Below are positions 39,280-48,241 of a stretch of 64,000 nucleotides of DNA, piece by piece (positions within the stretch are counted from its first letter, which is position 1; each line of letters opens with the position of its first letter). The DNA comes from an uncultured Nitrospiraceae bacterium (lineage in GTDB: Bacteria; Nitrospirota; Thermodesulfovibrionia; Thermodesulfovibrionales; Dissulfurispiraceae). The position numbers and the translations under genes were made by a program. The notes beneath the pieces were generated by a model. The model saw only the letters and a list, made by a program, of their open reading frames with translations, was not told the DNA's origin and ran no database searches. The stretch covers positions 672,001 to 736,000 of the forward strand of contig CAVSHF010000003.1 in the NCBI GenBank assembly GCA_963727805.1. The letters are read 5' to 3'.

Positions 39280-40083
39280 ATGCCCGACTTTGCGATGTCA
39301 CGGAGAGACTTTCTTAAGGGGTTGGGACTCTCCATGGTGATTTCGACTTTTCCTATGCCCAGTGAGTCTGAAGCAGAAGCCGGTTCGGATATGTCGCAGT
39401 CTATTCCGGTCTTAATGTATCACGGCATCTCGACATGTAACGGAAGTGAATACATGTTGACCGCGTCGGTGTTCGCCGCGCAAATGGAATGGCTATATGA
39501 GCAGGGGTATAAAACTATATGGTTCAGTGACATTGACAAGGGGAACATCCCGGCAAATAGCATAATCCTTACATTCGACGATGGCCATGCTTCCTATGTT
39601 GACTTTGCATTGCCGTTGTTGGAGGGGTACGGGTTTAAATCCACTATGAACGTCATCGGGGAGTTCACCGGTACCTTCATACCCGACAATACCGGCAACA
39701 TGCCTATTCTCAGTTGGGATGAATACCGGTACCTTGTGAAAACGGGACTCGTAGAGTTGGGATGCCATTCCGATCGTCTGCACCACTTCGCTACAGAAGG
39801 GGCTTTGGGGGTCAGTCCCGAGACGCTGCTGGCGGACCTGCTGAACTTTCAAAAGACAATCCGGCAAGAGGTTGGAGTGAGGACAAATGTACTTGCCTGG
39901 CCATATGGTTTTTACTCGGGGCAGACCATTGAGGTAGCTCAAAAGGCTGGCTTTAAGTACCTGCTGACATCCAAGTATGGATACATGCCCAAGGGCGGCC
40001 CTTTTAACGAGGTCCCAAGGTTAAATATTGGGTGTGCATTAGAGTTTCCAAGATTTCAATATCGTATCGAGGGGGATGTTTAA
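39280..40083 (+). CDS. Tat-exported polysaccharide deacetylase (IcaB/PgaB-like CE4)
   Basis: SRRDFLK twin-arginine signal; PVLMYH, LTFDDG, GCHSDRLH, AWPYG. Confidence 0.88.
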   Translation: MPDFAMSRRDFLKGLGLSMVISTFPMPSESEAEAGSDMSQSIPVLMYHGISTCNGSEYMLTASVFAAQMEWLYEQGYKTIWFSDIDKGNIPANSIILTFDDGHASYVDFALPLLEGYGFKSTMNVIGEFTGTFIPDNTGNMPILSWDEYRYLVKTGLVELGCHSDRLHHFATEGALGVSPETLLADLLNFQKTIRQEVGVRTNVLAWPYGFYSGQTIEVAQKAGFKYLLTSKYGYMPKGGPFNEVPRLNIGCALEFPRFQYRIEGDV

Positions 40084-40088
40084 CCGTG

Positions 40089-42248
40089 ATGAAGAGATAT
40101 TGGAGTATCGGCATTTCTGTAATCATCGCCCTATGTCTTTATGCGGGCTTCGTCCGGGCGGTCGAGCCACAAAAGGAAACGGTCACCCACAAACAGGCGC
40201 AAAGTTTTAAGCAACAGGGCGATAAGATGGCTGAAGAGACAAACTTTGCGGGAGCCGCTGGCGCTTACGAAAAGGCACTTGGCGACCGCAGCCAGTTTTC
40301 GGAGTCGGAACGACTCACAATGGCAAAAGTGCTCGCATGGGGAGGCAGGTTGGAGGCTTCGGCCAAGGAACTCGGGCTCATTGTTATTGCCAGCCCGGAC
40401 AATGTTGACGCGAAAGTCCTTCTCAGTCAGGTGCAATACTGGCAGGACAAAAGTGATGAGGCGCTGCCTCTGGTAGAGGAAGTGCTTCGCAAGGACCCCT
40501 TGAATCTAAGTGCACTTCGGCTTAAAGCAGATATTCTCCGGGCGACCGACCCATCGGCGGCAATAGCAATCTATCAAGGTTTGCTGACAAAGTCTGAGGA
40601 CTTTGACGCCCGCCTTGGCTTGGCACACGCATACGTTCAGGCTGGACAATTAACTGAAGCCCGCGAAGAAGCCTCGAAGCTTGTACCTGCCTATCCGTAC
40701 CAGAAACAGGAAGTGCAGAAGATCAAGGATGTTATCGATACTGCTGAAATGAAATCCCAAGAAGCTAGTGTAGTCATACCCCCCCAGCCTGCCGAAGATC
40801 CCGCGCTGGCACATAAGGAAACCGGTGACCGACTGGCTGAGCAGGCTAATCGTGCGGCAGCCTTGAAACACACTCTGGAGGCGCTTGACCTTCGCAGGGC
40901 CGCCTCCAGAGAGTACTTACTGGCCTTCGATCACTCACGCTCTTTTTCAGTCGAAGATCGTCTCCATATGGCTACAGTTATGTCATGGGCCGGCATGTTG
41001 AAACAGTCCAGGCATGAACTGGAGGCAATCCTCCAAGAATCCCCAAAAGAGACCGCCGCAAGGATTCAGCTTGCCAGAGTCTTGTCCTGGCAAGGCGAAG
41101 TTGATAACTCACTGAAACAGATAGATATTGTCCTGTCTTACGATCCCGAAAATCGCGATGCCTTGTTTGTGAAGGCCAACGATCTGCGTCGCACAGGGCA
41201 GTACCAGAAGTCCGAGGAGTTGTATGCCAAATTATTACGTCAGAATGAAGACAATGATGGGCGTGATAGTCTGACATACTCATATATCTATTCCGGCAAT
41301 CGTGTTGCAGCCAATCGCAACATTGCGCTGTTGAAGCCGGTCTCTGCTGACCAGGAGGTCTCATATGCCGAGCTGGTAGATTCGCGCAATCAGGCTTTAG
41401 ACCCATCAGTCTACACCGGCTTTACCTATTACAGCGATTCGGATCACACCCACGTTACACGCTCTCTGGCCGGCGGTACCGTTTGGGTTGGCAACTGGAA
41501 GACATCCCTGGACTATCAGCACATTGTGGCTACCGATCCTGCTAGAACTGTTGCCACTAATGAACTGGCGTTGTCGACATACGCACGCATGCCCTTCTAT
41601 GGAGGCGTGGGTGGTGGGGTCGGGCTTGCGGATGACGCACATATTATGACCTGGAATGGCAGGGCCGATATTGATTTACTTCGTGGATCAGCTGGCGTGA
41701 GTATTTCAAAAGAAGTAGTTACCGATACCGCTCAGATTCTGGAAAACAGAGTCAGGGTGCTGAATGTCAATGGTTCTATTGCGCAAAACCTGACGGACAG
41801 AATTTCGGTCTCTGGAAACTACAGCTATCGAGAGTACTCAGATAGCAATAGTGCCAACGATATCCAACTCAGCGCCTCATATAAACTCATTCACACTCCA
41901 GCTATTACCGTAGGGTATCGTTTCAGGTATTTAGATTTCCGTCGGCAGAGTTTTAGTGGTTATTTTGATCCAAACGATTATGTTTCAAACACCTTATTTG
42001 CCAACATTTCATACGAGAATAAGCACGGAATTTATGGCTATGCCGAGCCATACGGTGGCTATCAGGATTACAAGCGCTATGGCGTGTCTAACAGCAGCTT
42101 ATTCGGTGGGGCATCGGCACTTATTGGCTATCATGTTACCAATCACTTTGCGGTTGAGCTGAATGCTGAAGGTGGCAACTATGCTGCTGCCACGGCCAAT
42201 GGGTTCACGTATTACCAGATTGGCGGGAAAATGATCGTTAGATTCTAA
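40089..42248 (+). CDS. TPR-repeat plus outer-membrane beta-barrel export protein (PgaA/YaiO-like)
   Basis: Signal peptide; TPR units (LARVLSWQG); C-terminal aromatic-rich amphipathic beta strands with GYFDP; terminal Phe. Confidence 0.75.
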   Translation: MKRYWSIGISVIIALCLYAGFVRAVEPQKETVTHKQAQSFKQQGDKMAEETNFAGAAGAYEKALGDRSQFSESERLTMAKVLAWGGRLEASAKELGLIVIASPDNVDAKVLLSQVQYWQDKSDEALPLVEEVLRKDPLNLSALRLKADILRATDPSAAIAIYQGLLTKSEDFDARLGLAHAYVQAGQLTEAREEASKLVPAYPYQKQEVQKIKDVIDTAEMKSQEASVVIPPQPAEDPALAHKETGDRLAEQANRAAALKHTLEALDLRRAASREYLLAFDHSRSFSVEDRLHMATVMSWAGMLKQSRHELEAILQESPKETAARIQLARVLSWQGEVDNSLKQIDIVLSYDPENRDALFVKANDLRRTGQYQKSEELYAKLLRQNEDNDGRDSLTYSYIYSGNRVAANRNIALLKPVSADQEVSYAELVDSRNQALDPSVYTGFTYYSDSDHTHVTRSLAGGTVWVGNWKTSLDYQHIVATDPARTVATNELALSTYARMPFYGGVGGGVGLADDAHIMTWNGRADIDLLRGSAGVSISKEVVTDTAQILENRVRVLNVNGSIAQNLTDRISVSGNYSYREYSDSNSANDIQLSASYKLIHTPAITVGYRFRYLDFRRQSFSGYFDPNDYVSNTLFANISYENKHGIYGYAEPYGGYQDYKRYGVSNSSLFGGASALIGYHVTNHFAVELNAEGGNYAAATANGFTYYQIGGKMIVRF

Positions 42249-42306
42249 GGTTTATTATTGATAGCGAACCTTCAGCTCGCCTGAATCCAGATGTGTTTGC
42301 TCAAAG

Positions 42307-44421
42307 CTACATCCCAAACACCACTTCATGCTCCTCCATATCCACTCTCTCGATTCTCACCGACAGCTCCTGACCGATAGTAAAGCGCTTTTTGCGGTTG
42401 AGCCCTACTAGACTCATTTGTTTCTCGTTATACTCATAAAAATCGTCGGTCATGAACGAGACGTGCAGGAAGCCCTCTACATAAACATCCTTGAGTCTAA
42501 CCTTCAGTCCGTAAGATGTGACCGCAACTACCTTTCCGACGAACACTTCCCCGACCTTGTTCTTCATATACCATACCCTCATGGCATTAAGAACATTGCG
42601 CTCCGCCTGATCGGCAAGTCTCTCGGTCCTCGATGAATGGAAAGCGATATCGGGAAGGGTCGATTCGAGTTCCTTGACCCGCTTATCACCAAGATGCTTT
42701 TTTGAAAGGACCTCCCTCAATATCCGATGCACGACGAGGTCTGGATATCTTCTGATAGGAGACGTAAAATGGGAATAGCTTTCGGAGGCAAGGCCGAAAT
42801 GTCCGATATTTACGGTCGAATACTTGGCCTGTTTAAGGCTCCTAAGTATCATGTGATTGATAACATCCTCTGCTTCGCTGCCTTTGACTTTTGTCAGAAG
42901 AGAAGGGAAATCTTTCGGTTTCAGGCCCTTTTTGATATTAACTATGCCAAGACGGGCAACAATCGCAACTATCTCCTCAAGCTTCATCGGATCGGGTTCT
43001 TCGTGTATCCTGTAGATGTTGGGCACTTCAAGACCTTCCAGATGTTCCGCGACCGCCTCGTTAGCCGCGATCATGAATTCCTCAATGATCATATGCGCGA
43101 AGTTCCTCTCGGCCCGTATGATATCTTCTGGATTTCCTTGAATATCAAGTAAAACCTCGGGCTCGGGCAGGTCAAAATCGAGGCTTCCCCTCTTTAGCCT
43201 TTGGCCCTTCATGACCTCACACAATTCGCCCATCAACTCGAACTCGGTTACCAGACCCTTGTATTTGCTTCTTTCTGCAGGGTCTTTGTCTATAAGTATT
43301 TTCTTTACGGCAGTATACGTCATCCTCTCATCACTATGAATAACGCTCGGGTAAAATTTCTTGAAAACCCGCTCTCCTTTTGCGCTAAATGCCATCTCGA
43401 TCGTAAAGGCAAGCCTATCGACCTTAGGCCTGAGGCTGCATAGGTCCTCCGAAAGCTCCTTTGGCAGCATTGGGACGACGCGATCCGTGAAATAGACGCT
43501 GGTGCCCCTCTTGCGCGCCTCTTTATCGATCAGAGTATCCCACTTGACATAGTGCCCGACATCAGCGATGTGCACCCACAGACGGTATCCGGTCTCTGTC
43601 CTTGAAATCGAGACGGCATCGTCAAAATCCTTCGCTCTTTCGCCGTCGATCGTAACGGTAATCAGTTCACGAAGGTCTTTTCTCTTGGGAGTAACCTGTT
43701 CATCAAGTCCCACGGCGTTATATAAGGCCTTCGCTTCTTCCGCAACTGCGTGAGGGAACCGTCTTGTGATTCCTAACTCGTCGATGATCATTTCTATTTC
43801 ATCCAGTGGCGATTTAGGCTTTTGAAGCACCTTGATAATCTTGCCGGCAGGAGGTCTTTTATCCGTAGGATAGCTGATGATCTCCGCTATCACGTTGTCC
43901 CCATCTTGAGCCGTAGCAATATCATCGGGTGAGATATAAAGATCAAAAGGCACCGCCCTGCTTTTAGGTCTCACGAAGTAGGCAGCCCTTCCCCTTTCGA
44001 AGATCCCAGACACTCTCGTGCAGGACCTTTCGAGAATTCGAATAATCCGACCTTCCCTTCGCCCTTTGTTCTCCATTCTCGCTACTACGCGGTCGTTATT
44101 CATAGCTCCAAAAGCCGACCGCGCGGGGATAAAGACATCTCGCTCACCCGGTTTGTCGAGGATTACAAAACCATACCCGTCCCGATGTGCCTCGAAGTAT
44201 CCCGTAACGAGGCTCATCTCCTCCGCTAGACCATAGAGCCCTTTCCTCGTTCTTACAATCTGACCTTCACTGACAAGTTCGCGCAGAATCTTTTTTACAG
44301 CCCGTTTCCCGGGTGAGTCAAGATGAAGCCATGTGCCAAGCTCCCTGAAACTAATGGGGCTTGAGACTTTATCCCTAAAGAATGAATATATACTTTCATT
44401 TGATATCATTATGTTAGACAT
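42307..44421 (-). CDS. rnr: Ribonuclease R
   Basis: HRDGYGFV, TIDGERAKDFDDAVS, HFTSPIRRYPDLVVHR, C-terminal S1 domain. Confidence 0.96.
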   Translation of the reverse strand: MSNIMISNESIYSFFRDKVSSPISFRELGTWLHLDSPGKRAVKKILRELVSEGQIVRTRKGLYGLAEEMSLVTGYFEAHRDGYGFVILDKPGERDVFIPARSAFGAMNNDRVVARMENKGRREGRIIRILERSCTRVSGIFERGRAAYFVRPKSRAVPFDLYISPDDIATAQDGDNVIAEIISYPTDKRPPAGKIIKVLQKPKSPLDEIEMIIDELGITRRFPHAVAEEAKALYNAVGLDEQVTPKRKDLRELITVTIDGERAKDFDDAVSISRTETGYRLWVHIADVGHYVKWDTLIDKEARKRGTSVYFTDRVVPMLPKELSEDLCSLRPKVDRLAFTIEMAFSAKGERVFKKFYPSVIHSDERMTYTAVKKILIDKDPAERSKYKGLVTEFELMGELCEVMKGQRLKRGSLDFDLPEPEVLLDIQGNPEDIIRAERNFAHMIIEEFMIAANEAVAEHLEGLEVPNIYRIHEEPDPMKLEEIVAIVARLGIVNIKKGLKPKDFPSLLTKVKGSEAEDVINHMILRSLKQAKYSTVNIGHFGLASESYSHFTSPIRRYPDLVVHRILREVLSKKHLGDKRVKELESTLPDIAFHSSRTERLADQAERNVLNAMRVWYMKNKVGEVFVGKVVAVTSYGLKVRLKDVYVEGFLHVSFMTDDFYEYNEKQMSLVGLNRKKRFTIGQELSVRIERVDMEEHEVVFGM

Positions 44422-44433
44422 GTTTACCTCAAG

Positions 44434-46359
44434 TTACTTAATAGCTTTTTTCTCGGTGAATTCGCGCATCATTTCCATAGCTCCATCCTGATTATGAAGT
44501 ACTGAACCTTTAAGTTCCATGTATTTTCTCTTTGACTTCGGGTCGTTATCCTTAAAATATATATCAAGATGTTTGATTTCCCTATCGACCTTTCTTGAAA
44601 GCGACAGGTAATCTTCATACTTCTTTTTTTCGGCCTTTATCGAGAAATCACCCGGCATCTGCCATTTATCCCTGAAATAGACCCATGACGCAAAATCCTC
44701 GAGTTTATATCCATCAGCCACTTTTATCGGCTGATCGCTCTTCATATCGGTGATTTTCAGCCCGTCCTTTCCGGCAATGATCCGATAACCTCCTGTAAAC
44801 GCTTCAACAGCGCCTTGATCATCCATATATTCCCATCTTGATGCAGCCACCTGTTTTTCCTTATGACAGCTTTCGCACGTTCTGCCTTTGCCGAAGGGAT
44901 GAGATGCTTGCTGAATCTCTATCCAGAGCATATGCTTGTTATCTGCATTAGCGTTGAAGGTCCCAACCATGTAATATGGGTCGCGTGTTTCGCCCTTCGG
45001 CCAACGAAACGTCACCTGGCCTGAAGGGTTGACGTCGGATTTGATGTTCCCGACACTATGCGGAAAGACCTTTACCGCCATCCATTTGCCCTTTTGATCT
45101 TTCATCAGAATAGGCGGGTTCTGAATACCGTAATAGAGAGAATACTTGTTAAAGGGATTTTCCTTTTCTTGGACTTTGCCCGGCCCCCATATTACGATCT
45201 GGTAGCCTCTCAACTCGTTGATATGACAGGCGGAGCAATCAAGGTTCTTATGAATGCTCTTTGCATGAGCGTCCTCGATCTCAATGTGACAGTCCTGGCA
45301 GTTAGCCTTGCGCTGCATATCGCCCATGCCTTTTTCACCCGTGGTATGACAGTCAGCGCAATGGATATTCTTCTTATAATGTACATCTGGGGCCATGCCT
45401 TCGGGAAGGGAATACGATCCGCCGATATATGTACCCCCTCTCCGGCTTTGCATCGCTCCTGTATGGCACATGCTCGTGCCTCTGCCGTTGCCTGAGCAAC
45501 TCGCCGAGGTCGGCTTACTCGAGATGTGATGAAGACCCTTTTGGGGACTTGGATCATAGTGACAGTCGAGACAACCTGCATGGCAGACATTACAATATTT
45601 CTGCTTTGCTATCGCCTGCTCTTTTGAAAAGGGAACATTAATCTCCTTAGCGATATCTTCGGTATTCTTGAAGGAGAAACCCGCGCTTTTTAATACCTCC
45701 GCCGGAGGTAGGTCCGCAAAGGACGGTCCTCAATTTTGAGGCCCATATGGTTCAAGCCATGTTCTCATGGTCCGCTGTCTGAAGTTAGTCGCCATTATCG
45801 TCGTCTTGAACTGCTTAAGCTGCTCTGGATGGCAATTCGATTTCCCACAGGTTTTTTTGGCTATTTCGGGATCGAAATTGAATGTAACACGGTCCCTGTC
45901 CTGCCAAACAACATTTCTGACATCGGACAAAGGAGAATAGATGCCGTGCTCTTTGATTTGAGGAAGCAGCTGTCTGATCGCGTCGTCTCCCCTCGGCATG
46001 AGCGCCTCTGGATATATCCTTTTCCTGTTGAGCGCCTCTCCTGTAGTTCCTACCAGGATAGTCCGGAGCATGCCTGAATGCGCTTTGTCCGGCTCGGTCG
46101 CCCTTCCATCTCCCAGATGGCAATCACGGCACGGCACGTTGGGATGCTTGCTTTCGGTTTCAACCATCTTGGAGGTGACATAGAATTGCGGATAACCAGC
46201 ACGAGTCATCTTTTCACTGTCAGAATGGCAACGGATACACTCTGCACTCGAATCGTTCCATGCCCGGTAGCCCAGCAAAGTTACGACGAGGATAAACTGG
46301 AGAAGAAAGATGATGACGGTTTTGCGGTTAATGTAGTCGCTCAGGGAGCCGATCTTCAT
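44434..46359 (-). CDS. Membrane-anchored multiheme cytochrome c, 641 aa, with one in-frame TGA (putative selenocysteine at residue 210)
   Basis: ORFs 45730-46359 and 44434-45471 share a frame; the intervening sequence is open after TGA (45730-45732): GPSFADLPPAEVL...KYCNVCHAGCLDCHY...GTSMCH. Eight CxxCH motifs in total. Confidence 0.85.
45694..45710 (-). promoter_or_regulatory. Candidate bacterial SECIS hairpin
   Basis: TACCTCC-GGC-GGAGGTA: perfect 7-bp stem starting 19 nt after the UGA, with a G-containing apical loop 26 nt after it. Confidence 0.55.
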
Positions 46360-46497
46360 GCTAACTTATGGATTGAACGGTTCGGCCGGTTTTTCAGGTC
46401 CTGTAGAAGAAGGAACATTGGCATTAGGTTCTTGATCGGAGCCCTCCGGCTGAGCTGAAACCGACGGTTTCGGTTTCCGAATTTTCTTTACGGATTG

Positions 46498-47553
46498 TCA
46501 ACGGGCTTCAGCCTTAGGTGCAAGGGACTTTTGCTCGGGCAAGGTTCGTCTCACAACCTGTCCCTTTTTTCCACCCGGCAGTGCCGTACCGTCGAACTTG
46601 ACCGTACACCCCCCTGCGTTTCCGATGATGATGCTGAAGGCGTTGGTAGCTTTATAGGTGATCCTCTCGCCCGGCCTCAAAAGTGCCTCTTTCGTTTCGT
46701 TGCCATCAATAACTACCTGGACCCAAGTCAAATCAGCCGCAGCTACCTCCAACAGATGCTTCTTTTGCGCAGAAATAGTTTTCTCTTTGGCTCTCGGTTC
46801 ATTTGAGGCAACGATGGGTGCTGCAGCCTTCACAGCCTGTTCTTTCTGCACAGGGCTCTCCGACGATATGAGTGGTGCTTTAGCCTTCACAGCCTGTTCT
46901 TTCTGTGCAGGGCTCTCTGACGATACCAGGGCAAATCTCGGCGTCTTTTCTCCCATCTTCGACGACACAAATTGATAAATAATGGCAACAATGACTAAAA
47001 ATAAAAGAGTGCCTTTCCATATAAGCTTGTTTCTCTTTGCCCTAGCCTCTTCGTTGATCCTTGCTATTCGTAACGCTTCTGCCTGTGTCTTGACATCCTT
47101 GCTAAGAGTGTCGTCGTGGACCTCTTGCCGAGGGACATTCTGCTGCTTTTTTTGCTCCGCGTTCTCATCGACTCTTGCTATTGTCGACGCTTCTGTCGGT
47201 ATCTTAATTCCCTTGGGAAGAGCGTCATCATGGTCTTCTTGCCGAGGCACATTCTGTTGCTTTTTTTGCTCTGCCTTCTCCATTATTTCAGCAAGATACC
47301 CCAACTTATTTCCTTTTGCCCCCCGTTTCATTTCGAGATATTTCTCGTATGGCGCGAGGACAGACTCAACAGGCAGCCCGAGATATTTCGCGTATTCCCT
47401 TATGTATCCACGCGTGTCAACCTCGTTGGGGAGCTTGGCATAATCCTCATCTTCTATTGCAAGCAAACAACTTTCTTTGATGTGAGTGTCAGACGCAATT
47501 TTCTTGATAGGCGTGCCCAGATCTTCTCTTTGTTTTTTGAGCAGTTTAGACAT
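46498..47553 (-). CDS. RodZ-like protein (HTH, TM, DUF4115), copy 1
   Basis: LKKQRE..IASDTHIK..LAIEDEDYAKLP..RGYIREYAKYLGL; TM helix; TWVQVVIDG..IIIGNAGG. Confidence 0.85.
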   Translation of the reverse strand: MSKLLKKQREDLGTPIKKIASDTHIKESCLLAIEDEDYAKLPNEVDTRGYIREYAKYLGLPVESVLAPYEKYLEMKRGAKGNKLGYLAEIMEKAEQKKQQNVPRQEDHDDALPKGIKIPTEASTIARVDENAEQKKQQNVPRQEVHDDTLSKDVKTQAEALRIARINEEARAKRNKLIWKGTLLFLVIVAIIYQFVSSKMGEKTPRFALVSSESPAQKEQAVKAKAPLISSESPVQKEQAVKAAAPIVASNEPRAKEKTISAQKKHLLEVAAADLTWVQVVIDGNETKEALLRPGERITYKATNAFSIIIGNAGGCTVKFDGTALPGGKKGQVVRRTLPEQKSLAPKAEAR

Positions 47554-47822
47554 GTGCCTAACTTTAACATACAAGAAACAAGAAATTAAAGGCATGCAAG
47601 ACCGTGAACTAGTTACCACTTAGCCACGGGACCCGGTTGATGTTACTGGGAGTTCAGTTTTCCCACCCTTGAACCCATACATCTGCCGGGACAGCGATGT
47701 TTCGAGGGCTCGCTTGGTGCTTAAATTATCGCGGGAGGCTCTATGGGTTTGCCAGAAGTAGCAAAATATAGAGGAGAGCACCTTTATCCGGCTTATGGCA
47801 GATCGGGTGTGGGTGGTTATGA

Positions 47823-48071
47823 TTATGAAAATCTCAAGAAATATGAGATCCTATCAAAAGGAGCCTGCGTAACATCAATGACGACCGGGTTGTCTCTGTT
47901 ATCAGCATAATAAGCGATTACACTGTTGTCCGGCAGTTTTTCAATGACAATTTGAAGACCGTGACACCGACACTCAAAAGTATAGCGATTATGGCTGTGT
48001 TCAAGGACGAGTCGGAGACGGTCAAGCAGCGGCAATGGCCTATTCCTGTCCTCAACCCTTATGGTTTTCAC
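47823..48071 (-). CDS. Hypothetical protein
   Basis: 82-aa ORF with GTG start between the RodZ copies; no motif, weak RBS. Confidence 0.3.
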   Translation of the reverse strand: MKTIRVEDRNRPLPLLDRLRLVLEHSHNRYTFECRCHGLQIVIEKLPDNSVIAYYADNRDNPVVIDVTQAPFDRISYFLRFS

Positions 48072-48119
48072 AGAGAGAGTTTACCAGAATTCTTCATACT
48101 TTATTCTATCTTATAGTCC

Positions 48120-48239
48120 GACTGCGCTCGAATCTTTCCATGCCAGGTAGCGTAGCAAAGTTACAACAAGGACAAACTGGAGAAGTAAGATGAGGAAGGT
48201 TTTGCGGTTAATCTAGTCGCTGAGGGAAGTGTTCTGCAT
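48120..48239 (-). pseudogene. Degenerate duplicate of the 5' end of the multiheme cytochrome gene
   Basis: MQNTSLSD*INRKTFLILLLQFVLVVTLLRYLAWKDSSA versus MKIGSLSDYINRKTVIIFLLQFILVVTLLGYRAWNDSSA. Confidence 0.85.
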
Positions 48240-48241
48240 GC

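Noticed and set aside
44434..46359. Two separate cytochrome genes or a simple pseudogene
   Set aside because: There is a single TGA with a fully open, heme-motif-containing continuation, the downstream ORF would start mid-motif (MCH), and no other lesions are seen. Readthrough fits better, though it is unproven.
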